DNA of 64,000 bases, from positions 320,001 through 384,000 of the forward strand of contig CAVXTH010000006.1 in assembly GCA_963764625.1 (NCBI GenBank), written 5' to 3'. Source of the DNA: Candidatus Krumholzibacteriota bacterium. Its GTDB lineage: Bacteria; Krumholzibacteriota; Krumholzibacteriia; JAJRXK01. Numbering within the stretch: position 1 is the stretch's first letter; each line of letters starts with the position of its first letter. Under the pieces are notes generated by a model. That model searched no databases and had not been told where the DNA came from. It saw only the letters and a list, made by a program, of their open reading frames with translations. Below are positions 21,712 through 32,622 of this stretch, in pieces. The position numbers were made by a program, and so were the translations under genes.

Positions 21712-22718
21712 GGAACGGTCTGCTCGGCTTCTGGACCGAGAAGCGCCGTGTACTGGTTACGGGCTGCGCCGGGTTTCTCGGAAGCAGTCTGGTGGACTCC
21801 TTGCTGCGACAGGGACACCACGTGGTGGGAATCGACTCCTTCAGTGATTACTACAACCCGGCTCTCAAGCGTGAAAATTTGGACGGGGCGAAGCAGGCGG
21901 CTGATTTCGAACTGATCGAGGGCGATCTCAACGAGCTCGACTTGGCGAAGGTCGCGCGCGACAGGCAAGTCGTCTTTCACCTCGCGGCCCAGGCCGGAGT
22001 GCGCGCCTCGTGGGGAACCGAATTCGATCTCTATCTCCGGGCCAACGTCCGGGCCACCCAAGTTCTGCTCGAGGCCCTGGTGCGAGTCTCACGCGAGGGT
22101 GGAGATTTCAGACGCCTGGTCTATTCCTCGTCTTCTTCGGTGTACGGGAATCAGGACCGCTATCCGGTCACCGAGGACATGGACAAGCATCCCTTCAGTC
22201 CCTACGGAGTCACGAAGCTGGCGGGGGAGCATCTGTGTGAGCTCTACGCCACCAATCACGGACTCCCCTGTTCCTCTCTCCGCTACTTTACGGTGTACGG
22301 TCCCCGGCAGCGACCTGACATGGCCTTCCACAAATTCCTGCGCGCGAGCGAGCGTGGGGAAGCGTGGGTCATCTACGGTGACGGGAAGCAGAGCCGTGAT
22401 TTCACCTACGTAGACGACGTGGTGCGAGCCAATCTTCTGGCCGGGGCCGAGAGTTCACCCTATGGGGTCTACAATATCGGAGGGGGCACGCGCCAGGATC
22501 TCCTCTCGGTCCTGAAAATTCTACAGGAGAGAGTGCGAGCCCATGGGATTTCGGATACGGTGAAGATCGAGCATGCGGAAACGGTCAAGGGAGATGTTCG
22601 CCACACCGGCTCCGACGGCTCGCGGGCTCGTGAAGGGCTGGGTTTTGAGGCCGAGATTCCGCTGGAAGAGGGACTCGATCGCATGGTGAGCTGGTACGCG
22701 CAGAGGATGCGAGCATGA
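21708..22718 (+). CDS. NAD-dependent epimerase/dehydratase (UDP-glucuronate/glucose 4-epimerase-like)
   Basis: VTGCAGFLG, HLAAQAGVR, SSSSVYG, YGVTK, YFTVYGPRQRPDMA; GGAGG-rich RBS before GTG 21708. Confidence 0.92.
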   Translation: MRNGLLGFWTEKRRVLVTGCAGFLGSSLVDSLLRQGHHVVGIDSFSDYYNPALKRENLDGAKQAADFELIEGDLNELDLAKVARDRQVVFHLAAQAGVRASWGTEFDLYLRANVRATQVLLEALVRVSREGGDFRRLVYSSSSSVYGNQDRYPVTEDMDKHPFSPYGVTKLAGEHLCELYATNHGLPCSSLRYFTVYGPRQRPDMAFHKFLRASERGEAWVIYGDGKQSRDFTYVDDVVRANLLAGAESSPYGVYNIGGGTRQDLLSVLKILQERVRAHGISDTVKIEHAETVKGDVRHTGSDGSRAREGLGFEAEIPLEEGLDRMVSWYAQRMRA

Positions 22719-23732
22719 ACCAAAGCGGCGACAGTGAGAGCATGGTGCCAAGCCGCGGGCAGCGATCTCGTTCTGGAGGAGGCGCGCAGGGCGCTGGCCG
22801 GTACGGGCGAACTCGATCTGACGGTGCTCATCCCCGCCTACGACGAGGTGGCCAGCCTGCCCGATCTCATCGAGCAAGTGGCCGCGATCGTGGAACCGAT
22901 CACTTCGTCCTGGGAAATCCTCGTGGTGGACGACGGGAGTAGCGACGGCACGCTCGACCTCTTGCGAACGCTGGCGGGTGAGACACCTCAGCTCCATCAC
23001 ATTTCCTTCCGACGCAACTACGGAAAGTCGGCGGCGCTCTCGGTGGGGTTCAAGCGTTCCCGCGGCTCGGTGGTAGTGACGATGGATGCCGACTTGCAGG
23101 ATGACCCCCGTGAGATCCCACGCCTCTTGGCCGCGCTGGCCGAGGGTTTCGACCTCGTCAGCGGCTGGAAGCAGAACCGCAAAGACCCTTTCGTGAAGAC
23201 CTCGACCTCGAAAGTCTTCAACTTCGTCACCTCCCTGGTGAGTGGCCTCAAACTCCACGACTTCAACTGCGGTTTCAAAGCCTACCGCTGCCAGGTGACG
23301 CGCGCTCTCAAGGTGTATGGCGAGTTGCACCGCTATCTTCCGGTGATGGCTCATCTCCAGGGCTTCGCGGTGGCGGAAATTCCGGTGCGACACCACGCGC
23401 GCAAGCACGGGGTCACGAAATTCGGACGTGAGCGCTTCATCAACGGAGTCTTCGATCTGCTCACAGTGCTCTTCCTGAGCCGCCGGCGGACCTCACCTCT
23501 GCACTTCTTTGGTCGGGTCGGATTACTCTTCGGTGCGGGTGGGATGCTCATCTGCATCTATTTCCTGATCACCTGGCTCGGAGGAGCGGGGCTCCATCTC
23601 CGCCCTCTCATGCTCTTGGGAATCGCTCTCATCCTGGTCTCCATGCAGTTTTTCAGTCTCGGTTTGTTGGCGGAGCTTTTGGTCTCCTCGCGGGACGAGA
23701 GTGAGAGCTATCAGATTCGCTCCGAGGGCTGA
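22715..23732 (+). CDS. GT2 polyprenyl-phosphate glycosyltransferase (ArnC/GtrB-like) with two C-terminal TM helices; start uncertain (ATG 22715 with a frame break, or GTG 22734)
   Basis: IPAYDE, VDDGSSDGT, NYGKSAAL, MDADLQDDP, DFNCGFKAY, GELHRYLP. Confidence 0.9.
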
Positions 23733-23735
23733 GCC

Positions 23736-24666
23736 GTGAGCACGAATCCACCTCGGCTCGGAGTGGTGGTCCTGAATTGGAACGGCCGCGATCATCTGGC
23801 CGGACTTTTCCCTTCGCTGCTCGCCTCCACCTACTCCGACTTCTTCGTCCTCGTGGTCGACAACGGCTCCCAAGACGGCAGCGTGGAATGGACGCGGCGC
23901 GAGTTTCCCTCTGTCGAAGTTCTTGCGCTCGGAGAGAACCGCCGGTTTTCCGGGGGAAACAACGCGGGAGCGGCTCGTGCCCGCGAGCTGGGCGCCGAGC
24001 TTCTCCTGATCCTCAACAACGATACGGAGGTCGATCCCGAATGTCTCAGCTGGCTCGTTGAGAGCTTTCGCGAGAGATTCGGCGATCGGAATCGTCGGGC
24101 CGAGAATCTGCTACCATGATCGTCCCGAGAAAATCTGGTACGGAGGGGGGCGAATCAGACGCTCTCTTGGCATCATTTCCCACCGTGCCATCCGCCGCGG
24201 AGTGGACGAGGGAGCCGATCCTCGTGGGACGACGGACTGGGTGAGCGGATGCGCGCTCGCGGTGCGGGAAAAAGTATGGAGTTCTCTGAATGGCCTGGAC
24301 GAGGAATACTACATCTACGCCGAGGACGTGGACTTTTGCCTGCGGGCCGCCGACGCCGGGGTGGGAATTCACTATGAACCACGGGCGCTCGTTCTGCACA
24401 AAGTGAGTGCTTCGGTGGGGGGAGCGAGTTCCGCGTTCAAGAGCTACCACAAGAGCCGGGCCGCACTTCGACTCTTTGCGCGCCACGGTGCGGGACCAGG
24501 ACGCTTCTCCGCCTACTGCGGACTCGCGATGCATGATCTCGCCGCGATCGCGTGGTTGCTCGCAAGAGGTCACTTCCGTTCGGCCTTCGCAATCTTGTGC
24601 GCGTGGGTCGACGCAGTCTTCGGCCACCAGAGCTATCGGGTGGAAGAAGCCCTGCCGAAGGGATGA
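23736..24666 (+). CDS. GT2 family glycosyltransferase (rhamnosyltransferase-like), frame break ~24065
   Basis: VLNWNG, VDNGSQDG, FSGGNN, LNNDT, then VSGCAL, YAEDVDFCLR, HKVS in the next frame. Confidence 0.85.
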
Positions 24667-27181
24667 ACATGAGCAGACGTGGAGCCCTAATCGGATTCTG
24701 GCTTCTGGCCTTCCTGCTGTTGCTGTCGGCGAGTGTCGCCCTGCATCCCGAACAGTACGGGGGAAAGATCTACAGGAGCGCGATGCCCGCGCGGTCCAGG
24801 CCTTCAAGATCGTGGGGGATCGGATGCTGAAGAACGGGGAGTATCCGCAGTGGAATCCCTACGTGTTCTTGGGGATGCCCTCCTACGCGAGTCTCGCCTA
24901 CACCCCAGGCGTCTACCCGCTGGAACGGCCGGTCGACGAACTCAAGAAAGTACTGGGTTTGCCCCCGATGACCTGGCTCCTTCTGCACCTCCTCATTCTC
25001 GGCCTGGGCACCACGGGCTATTTGCGTTGGCGAGGACAGTCGTGGGCTGCCGCGGTGGCGGCCGGGGCGGCGGTCATGGCGCTCCCCAAGGTGGTCGCAT
25101 GGTGCGTGTACGGGCACGGTACGAAGGTTCTGAGCGTGGCGTGGATGCCGTGGATTCTGTGGACGCTCGAAGGGGTTCTAAAGCGAGGGCAGGCCAAGTG
25201 GGCTCTGGGGCTCGCGGCCCTCTTGGGGGTGTTGCTTCTGCGGGCCCACGTGCAGATGACCTACTACACCGCCATGGCCGGCCTCTTCTGGTTCTGCGCG
25301 TTCGGCCTTCCGCTCTGGAAAGAAGAGCACGGCCGCAAGCGCCTGATGATTCGCAGTAGCTGGATTCTGGGAGCTTCGCTGGTCGCCCTTCTCTTGGCGA
25401 TGGAGCTCTACTTGCCGGTCATCAGCTATCAGGCGCACAGCATTCGCGGAGCCGCAAGCACGGGTGGAGGCGTGAGTTTCGTGTATGCCACGAGCTGGAG
25501 CCTGAGCGCCAGCGGGATTCCCACGCTCTGGTGGCCCACCGCCGTCGGCTACGGAAAGCTCTCGTACGTCGGGGGCATGCCGTTCACCGACTATCCGAAC
25601 TATGTGGGAATCCCCCTCTTGGTGTTGGCGATCCTGGGAGTGGCGTTCCGGCGCGACAGATGGGCATGGATGCTCGCAGCGCTCGCGTTCTTTTCGACGC
25701 TGGTCGCGATGGGGAATCACGGTTTTCTCTACCGGCTCCTGTACGATGTGCTGCCCGGGTTCAACAAGTTCCGCGTTCCGGTCATGATTCTCATCTTGCA
25801 GGAGTACGCGCTGATCCTGCTCGCTGCTGCAGGCATCGACGAACTCGCTTCGCACCTGAAGGCCGAGCGTCGACCCACATGGCTCAGCGGCGCGGTCGCC
25901 TTTCCGGTGCTGATCCTGGGGCTCGTTTTCTTGCTCCTGGGTACGGTCGGAGCCGGGTATCTGCGGGAGCAATCGATTCATCACTGGCTGTCCCTGCGAG
26001 CCCAGATTCCCATCGCCGCGCTCGGCGCCGCGGCCGATCTGGCGCGCGCGGATGCCCTGAGAATCGGGGCGATTCTTCTGCTCTCCGTGGGCCTGGCTTT
26101 CGCCTTCATCCGGGGCCGGATTTCGCGAGGGGTCTTGGTCGGAGCCCTGGGGCTCTTGGTCTTCGTGGATCTCTACGCGGTGACCCGGCCCATCGTCCAT
26201 CCCGAGAACTTCCTGAAGCAGGCCGGTCGCGGCGAGCAGGGACGCACCGTGGTGATCGCCGCCCCCGCGATGATCCAGAATCACCACTACGTGGAGAGCT
26301 ACGTCAAGAGCGATGGGGCCCTCGATTTCCTGAAAGCACAGGGACCTTTCCCTCGCGTTTGGCCTCTGCGTCAGTTTCAAATGGAGAACATCTACGCCGC
26401 ACAGGGCATCGTGAGCCTGGCGGGCTACCAACCGGCCAAGCTCGCGAGCTACGAGGAGATCCGCTCGCGTCTGTACCCGCGGCGCGGATTGCCGTCGTTG
26501 AAACTGGTCGATCTGCTGGCGGCGGGATGGGTCCACGTGCCGAGCGCTTTGCCGGCATCCACCGTGAACGCTTTGGCGGAGCAGGGTCTGCGTCTCGTGC
26601 AGGCGTTCGAGGGCGACGGAGGAGTGGTGTACCGGAACGAGAGTGCCGGGCCGCGCGCGTGGATCGTGGGTCGATTCCAGCTCGAGCGCCCGGGGCAGGA
26701 TACCAGCGATTCCGAGCCCGATACCACGGTACTCCACCGCGTGCTGTCCGCGAGTTTCGATCCGGCCATGGATGTCATTCTCGCGAGGGTTCCGCAGCCC
26801 GCGCCCGAGACAGGGGCCAGCGGCGAGGTGCAGTGCATCGAAGAGCATCCCCAACGAATCCTCTTCCAGACGAGTACGAATCTTCCTGCCGTCGCGGTAT
26901 TCGCCGACGTCTACTATCCGGATTGGGAGGTGAAGATCGATGGCGAGCGGGCGAACGTGCTTCGGGCGGATTACGCACTGCGAGCCGTGGCGCTCCCGGC
27001 GGGAACCCATCGCGTGGAGTTCTTCTACCGCGACGAGGCTTTGCGCACGGGTCGTCTCCTGCATCGCATTGCCTTGCTGATTCTGGTGCTCGCGGCGGTG
27101 GCTCTGCTGGTGCGCGGTTTCAGGAATTCTCCATCCCGCACCTCCGCTCGTCCGGCGGAAAGCCCGAAGGCTCGCCAGTAG
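24663..27181 (+). CDS. YfhO-family GT-C membrane protein, frame break ~24780
   Basis: PQWNPYVFLGMPSY, HVQMTYY, PFTDYPNYVG, LPGFNKFRVP, C-terminal YYPDW...RADYALRAVALPAGTHRVEF. Confidence 0.88.
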
Positions 27182-27191
27182 AGGAATGGGG

Positions 27192-27197
27192 TATAAT
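27192..27197 (+). promoter_or_regulatory. Perfect -10 hexamer upstream of the polyprenol-P-mannose synthase gene
   Basis: TATAAT in a GC-rich intergenic gap; no good -35. Confidence 0.45.
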
Positions 27198-27337
27198 GGC
27201 AGGTAGACTGCGGAGATTTCGACGATTGCCAGCTCGTTCGGAGCCGACTAGGCTCAGAACGCGCGTGGAGTCGTTTCTGGTCGCCGGTAGCCTCGAACCA
27301 CGCTGGTCCTACGGGTCGTGAGGAGTGTAGGAATCGG

Positions 27338-28051
27338 ATGAAAGCCCTGATCGTGATCCCCACCTACAACGAACGGCACAACATCGGGCGCATCATTCCC
27401 GAAATTCTGAAACAGGATCCGGGAATTCACGTCCTGGTCGTCGACGATAGCAGTCCCGACGGCACCGGCGCGGTCGTTTCTCAAATGATGGCGAGTGAAC
27501 CGCGGATTCATCTCATCGAGAGAGAGGGGAAGCAGGGTTTGGGAACGGCCTACCTGGCGGGATTCCGCTGGGCCCTGTCGGAAACCGACGCGGAATACAT
27601 TTTCGAAATGGACGCCGACTTTTCACATGATCCCGCGGCGATCCCCACCTTCCTCGAGATGATTCAGCATTGCGACCTGGTAGTGGGCAGCCGCTACGTG
27701 AACGGGATCACGGTCATGAACTGGCCCCTGTCCCGCCTCTTTCTTTCCGTCTTCGCCAACTACTACGCGTCCGCAGTCACCGGTCTGCCGGTGAAGGACT
27801 GCACCGGCGGATTCAAGTGCTTTCGCCGGCGTACTCTGCAAGGCCTGCCGCTGAGTAAGGTACACAGCGACGGCTACGGATTCCAAATCGAATTGAACTA
27901 TCACGCCTGGAAGCGCGGTTTTCAGATCCGCGAGATTCCCATCGTGTTCACCGACCGCGTGGTCGGAGAGAGCAAGATGTCCAGACGAATCATCTGGGAA
28001 GCGGCATGGGTCGTGTGGCGCCTCCGCCTCTTCTCGGTCTCCACCGAATGA
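27338..28051 (+). CDS. Polyprenol monophosphomannose synthase (Ppm1/DPM1-like GT2)
   Basis: IPTYNE, VDDSSPDGT, GLGTAYLAGF, MDADFSHDP, DCTGGFKCFRR, GYGFQIE, FTDRVVGESKM. Confidence 0.9.
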   Translation: MKALIVIPTYNERHNIGRIIPEILKQDPGIHVLVVDDSSPDGTGAVVSQMMASEPRIHLIEREGKQGLGTAYLAGFRWALSETDAEYIFEMDADFSHDPAAIPTFLEMIQHCDLVVGSRYVNGITVMNWPLSRLFLSVFANYYASAVTGLPVKDCTGGFKCFRRRTLQGLPLSKVHSDGYGFQIELNYHAWKRGFQIREIPIVFTDRVVGESKMSRRIIWEAAWVVWRLRLFSVSTE

Positions 28052-30180
28052 AGGCGGCGAGCGTGCAGGAGCCTTCCCTCGAGCTCACGCTCATCCTCGT
28101 GAGCTTTCACAGCGAGCTGCCTCTCCGAGCCTTCTTCGAGAGCTATCGCCGGCACCCCATCCGCGCCACACACGAGATTCTCGTGGTGGACAACGCCCCC
28201 GGCGACGGCGTGGCGGCGTGGATCGAGAAGGAGATGCCCGAAGTGAGGGTGATCTCCAGCCCCAAGAACGTGGGCTATGCTCGCGGAGTGAACGCGGGGA
28301 TCGAGCAAGCTGGCGGACGTGCCATTCTCGTCATCAACCCGGACGTGGAGCTCTCCGAGGGCGGGGTGGACCGAGCCTTGGCCTACCTCGGCGAACATCC
28401 CGAAGCGGGGATCGTCGGCGCCCGGCTTCTCAATCGCGACGGATCCCTGCAAAACAGTGCGCGGCGCTTCTACACTCTCCAGACCATCCTTCTCCGGCGC
28501 ACTCCCCTCGGACGCCTCAGGCCCGACCACCCCGAACTGAGACGTCATCTCATGCTCGACGACGATCTCGATCACGCCCGGCCCGTGGACTGGGTCATGG
28601 GCGCGTGGATGCTGGTGCGCCGCACGGCCATCGACGTGGTGGGTCTGATGGATGGGCGCTTCTTCTTGTATTTCGAGGACGTCGATTGGTGCTACCGCAT
28701 GTGGGCGAGCGGATTCGAAGTTCATTATTTTCCGCAGGCCAGCTTCGTTCACGCCTACGAACGGAGCAGTGGCGGATTGAATCGAACTCTGCTCTACCAT
28801 TTGCGCTCGTTCGCCAGCTATTACGACAAGTGGGGAGCTCTGATCTACGTCGCGAAGCAGCTGCGACGCGGCTGGGAAAAGCTCAGCGCTTTCGTTCTCG
28901 ATCTGGTGTTCCTGAATCTGGCGTTCTTGGCATCGTACCTGGTGCGCCTGCTTCTCCAACCGGCGCTTCCTCTCCCTCTGTATTCGTTCGCCGAGTATCT
29001 TCCACTGCTCGGTTTCACGAACGTGGTGGCCGCATTCACGCTGCCGCTGGCGGGCCGGTACGTGGTGGCCAGGAACGACCGCACTCTATCGCGCTGGATC
29101 GATAGCGGACGCCTCGCCCTCACCGTGACCCTGCTCGTCATGGCCGGGACCTGGCTGGCGCATACGCGCACCTTCAGCCGCCTCGTCATCGTGCTTCTCT
29201 TTCCTCTGCTGACCGGGGCTCTGCAACTCTCGCGAGTCGCGTTGCATCGTCTCCTCGCAGGAGGGATGAGTGGGGTTCGATTCGCCCGGGCCGCTCTGTT
29301 GGGGGACGTGGGGGAAGTGGAGACGCTTGGAGCCGCACTCGATCGCGAAGCAACCGGAGACCTCATCGTGGCGGGACGCGTGACGCTGGGGGAAGCGGAG
29401 CCGGCGAAGGGTGACGCGATACGCGTGCTGGGGGGAGTCGAACGGCTCGAGGAGATCGTCGAAACTCATCGGCTCAGCGAAATCCTGGTCGTGGAAACGA
29501 CGAACGAGAGGGAACTGGTGATCGCGAAATTACGCGAGGCCGCCGCGGCCGGGGTGGGGGTTTACCTGCTGCCGCCGTGGGCTGAGGTGCTGCGGGGGGT
29601 GGACGGCACGACTGAGCGTCACGGACACTCCTGGTTGTTGCTTCGGCCTCCCCCGATGCTCGCCGGGGGCGCCTGGGGTAAGGCGGCCATGGACCGTCTG
29701 GGAGGCGCCCTGCTCTGCATTTTGTCCCTTCCCGGCTTCGTGTTATGCTCCCTCCTGGGCCGGCCGTTGGGCTTGATCGGACAACGGACCTCGCAACGAC
29801 TTGGTTACCGCCGCCGGATCATCAACTGGTCGGAGCTCGTGAGTACACGTAGTGGCCGGCCGGTCTGGGGTCTGGCGCAGTCAGCTGTCTTTCTCAAGGT
29901 GCTCACCGGGCAGATCAGCCTGGTGGGACCCTCCGCACTTCCTCCAGAGAAGGAAAAGGAGCTCAGCCCAATCCACTTGCTACGGTTCGCCGTCAAGCCC
30001 GGTCTCGCGGGCCTCTGGCAACAAGAGTGCGGCGAGAGGACACTCGAGTCTCTCGTCTCCAGTGATCTCGATTATCTGGAGCAGTGGTCGCTGACCCTCG
30101 ACTTGGATCTCTTCCTTTCGGCACTGCCGAGGATCCTGTTTCGTCGCGACCCCTGGCGCCATCATTCCTCCAGCTCTTGA
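28048..30180 (+). CDS. Fusion: GT2 + 4 TM + Rossmann-like linker + degenerate bacterial sugar transferase (WcaJ-like PGT) domain
   Basis: VDNA, INPD, FLYFEDVDWCYR; C-terminal SLVGP, KPGLAGLWQ, DLDYLEQWSLTLDL. Confidence 0.82.
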   Translation: MKAASVQEPSLELTLILVSFHSELPLRAFFESYRRHPIRATHEILVVDNAPGDGVAAWIEKEMPEVRVISSPKNVGYARGVNAGIEQAGGRAILVINPDVELSEGGVDRALAYLGEHPEAGIVGARLLNRDGSLQNSARRFYTLQTILLRRTPLGRLRPDHPELRRHLMLDDDLDHARPVDWVMGAWMLVRRTAIDVVGLMDGRFFLYFEDVDWCYRMWASGFEVHYFPQASFVHAYERSSGGLNRTLLYHLRSFASYYDKWGALIYVAKQLRRGWEKLSAFVLDLVFLNLAFLASYLVRLLLQPALPLPLYSFAEYLPLLGFTNVVAAFTLPLAGRYVVARNDRTLSRWIDSGRLALTVTLLVMAGTWLAHTRTFSRLVIVLLFPLLTGALQLSRVALHRLLAGGMSGVRFARAALLGDVGEVETLGAALDREATGDLIVAGRVTLGEAEPAKGDAIRVLGGVERLEEIVETHRLSEILVVETTNERELVIAKLREAAAAGVGVYLLPPWAEVLRGVDGTTERHGHSWLLLRPPPMLAGGAWGKAAMDRLGGALLCILSLPGFVLCSLLGRPLGLIGQRTSQRLGYRRRIINWSELVSTRSGRPVWGLAQSAVFLKVLTGQISLVGPSALPPEKEKELSPIHLLRFAVKPGLAGLWQQECGERTLESLVSSDLDYLEQWSLTLDLDLFLSALPRILFRRDPWRHHSSSS

Positions 30181-30192
30181 AAAGTGGATCGC

Positions 30193-32622
30193 ATGAAAAG
30201 CTCCGTCCTCTACACTTTCCTGGCTCTCTCATCGTTGCTCGGTTCTTCTCTCGCCATGGCCGATCTGAGTGATACCGCGCCGTGGACCACCACCTCCCAA
30301 GTGCGCGAGATCAATCGCATGGTGCTGTTCCAGGGAAAGGTGGTCGCGTCCACGCCCCAGGGGGGGCTCCTTCTGCTGGACCCGAGTAGCGGGGGAATCA
30401 CGCGTTTCAATAGCGGAGACGGTCTCAGCTCCGACGCGATCAGCGACATGGCGGTGAGCCAAAGTGGCGAGCTCTGGCTGGCCACGGGAGGTGAGGGGAT
30501 CTCCGCCGCCGGTCTCTGCCGGCTCGATGCGAGCTTCAGGACGCGCGTGGTGGCGCAGGATCTGGCTTCCCTGGAAATCACGGCCGTCGCCGCCGACGGG
30601 AACTTCGTCTACTACGGCACGCGTCTGAGTGGGGCGGGGCGCCTGAGCTCGGGAGTGCCCGAGGCTGTGTACACTTCCGCCGGGCAGGGTCTGGCGGACG
30701 ATCGTGTGCTGTACGTCGCGGCTTCCAAAGGAGAGGCCTGGTTCGCCACCCGCGGCGGTCTGAGTCGCCTCAAGAACGGCATCTTCCAGACCTTCAATGG
30801 TGGACTCGATTTCGAGGTGGTGAGGGACCTGATCGCGGGACCGGTGGGAGTATTCGCCGCGGATCGGGTGGGGGTGAAGAAATTCGATGCTTCCACGGAG
30901 AATTGGGTGGAGTTCGGCAGCGGCCTGAGCGACAGCTTGCGGGCCCTCACGTTCGACGGGGATGCCCTGGTGGGATTGGGTTACACGGGGACGGCCTGGC
31001 GCTTGGACGCGCAGGCCACTCAGTGGCAGAGCCGCGCTCTCGACGTGAACTTGCGTCTTCTGGAATCGCTTTCTCCGGATGGTCTCGGGCACGTCTGGTA
31101 CGGGGGCTATCAGGTGGACTTACAGCGGACACTGCAGGGACCCATCGCGTCTCTGCTCGAACCCGACTCAGGACGCGTTTTTTCGGTCAACGGACTGCTG
31201 GGAGTCAACGTCCAGAACCTGGTTCCCGACCGTCAGGGCGGCGCTTGGGTGAGTTGTTTGGCGCCGTACACCGGGCTGACCCACTGGCGCAAGGATGGGA
31301 GCTTCGTTCACTACGACTACGCGCAATCGGTCGCCGGGCTGGGATGGTGCGGCGATCAGACGAAGTTCGGCCTATGCCTGGATTCCAGCAACGATCTCTG
31401 GGTGAGCAACTTCAGAGATTGTCTCACCCGCTTGCGGCCAGATGCCAACGACGATCCTACCGGCGCGGCGTATCTGAATCTGGCGGTGGAGGACAGCCCG
31501 CTTCGTCTGAGGCGCATCCGTCAGATCGAGGAGGACCCACAGGGCAGAATCTGGCTCTTGAGCGAGGGGAACGCCGCCGACGCGGGACTGGGAATCGATA
31601 TCATCACCGATCGGAGTCGGCCCGAGGATCCCACCGCCTGGAAAGAGCTCTCTCCCGCGAACAGTCTTCTCATGGATGGTTGGGTGATGAGCGTCACCTT
31701 CCAGCCCCCGGGAACGGCCTGGATCTGCATCGACGGCAAGGGGGTCCAACGCTGGGACTACGACGGCCTGCTCAACGACGGCGTCATGCGGGATAGCCAA
31801 TTCAACGCGACGGAGGCTTGGGATCTCATCCCGTATGCGGGTGCCTCGAGCGCCTTTGCGTTCAGCCAACCGCGACAGGTTGCCGTTGCGCAGAACGGTC
31901 TCATCTACATTGCGGCCGCGGATCTCGGGGTGCTGGAAATGAGCTACACCCCGTTCTTGCCTAACGCCTCCGATCGAATCCACATCTCGCGGGTCTTCCG
32001 CGAGGGGCAGGCCGGGCTCGGCTTGCTCAGCAGCAACGCCACTGGTTGCGTGTTCGATCCCAATGGGCGGCTGTGGGTGACCACTGCGGCCGGTCTCAAC
32101 CGGCTCACCGTCCTCGAAAGCAAACTTCAGATCGGAGCGTGGACGACGGTCGACGCTTTTTCGACCTTCCAGCTCCAGCTCTCGGGATATCGGGGCGAGG
32201 TGATTTCCCCCATGGCGGGCGCTGAACTGCAGAACATCGTGTTTGATCCCCAGCGGAACGAGATGATGATCGGGAGCACGGTCGGCGCGAGCCGGGTATC
32301 CACTCAGCTCGATCTCCTGGCGGCTCCGCCGGAAGATCAACTCTCCTTCGTCATCTATCCCAATCCCTATCCCGGACGGGAGGGAGCCGACGAAGGCATC
32401 TACCTGCGAGGCCTCGAAGGCTCGGGCCCCATCTTGGTGCAGGTCTTCGACCTGCAGGGCACCCTGATCACCGAGGACAATTTCACGAGCGACGAGCTGC
32501 TGTCGCGTCCGGTCTGGGACGTGAAAGATCTGCAATTCAGGAATGCGGCCAGTGGCTTGTTCATCGTGCGCGCGAGTCGCGCCGGAGGGTCGGCCACCCA
32601 AGTGCTCGCGGTGGAACGATGA
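30193..32622 (+). CDS. Secreted beta-propeller protein with T9SS/FlgD-Ig type C-terminal domain (PorZ-like)
   Basis: Signal peptide ...SSLAMA; GLSSD/LWLAT/WFATRGGLS propeller repeats; CTD IYPNPY...VFDLQG...WDVKD...ASGLFIV. Confidence 0.72.
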   Translation: MKSSVLYTFLALSSLLGSSLAMADLSDTAPWTTTSQVREINRMVLFQGKVVASTPQGGLLLLDPSSGGITRFNSGDGLSSDAISDMAVSQSGELWLATGGEGISAAGLCRLDASFRTRVVAQDLASLEITAVAADGNFVYYGTRLSGAGRLSSGVPEAVYTSAGQGLADDRVLYVAASKGEAWFATRGGLSRLKNGIFQTFNGGLDFEVVRDLIAGPVGVFAADRVGVKKFDASTENWVEFGSGLSDSLRALTFDGDALVGLGYTGTAWRLDAQATQWQSRALDVNLRLLESLSPDGLGHVWYGGYQVDLQRTLQGPIASLLEPDSGRVFSVNGLLGVNVQNLVPDRQGGAWVSCLAPYTGLTHWRKDGSFVHYDYAQSVAGLGWCGDQTKFGLCLDSSNDLWVSNFRDCLTRLRPDANDDPTGAAYLNLAVEDSPLRLRRIRQIEEDPQGRIWLLSEGNAADAGLGIDIITDRSRPEDPTAWKELSPANSLLMDGWVMSVTFQPPGTAWICIDGKGVQRWDYDGLLNDGVMRDSQFNATEAWDLIPYAGASSAFAFSQPRQVAVAQNGLIYIAAADLGVLEMSYTPFLPNASDRIHISRVFREGQAGLGLLSSNATGCVFDPNGRLWVTTAAGLNRLTVLESKLQIGAWTTVDAFSTFQLQLSGYRGEVISPMAGAELQNIVFDPQRNEMMIGSTVGASRVSTQLDLLAAPPEDQLSFVIYPNPYPGREGADEGIYLRGLEGSGPILVQVFDLQGTLITEDNFTSDELLSRPVWDVKDLQFRNAASGLFIVRASRAGGSATQVLAVER

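Noticed and set aside
21255-22718. Apparent TPR-epimerase fusion (487-aa ORF)
   Set aside because: The first ~125 aa are the frame-shifted tail of the DUF2723 gene; the epimerase has its own RBS and GTG at 21708, overlapping a TGA at 21709-21711
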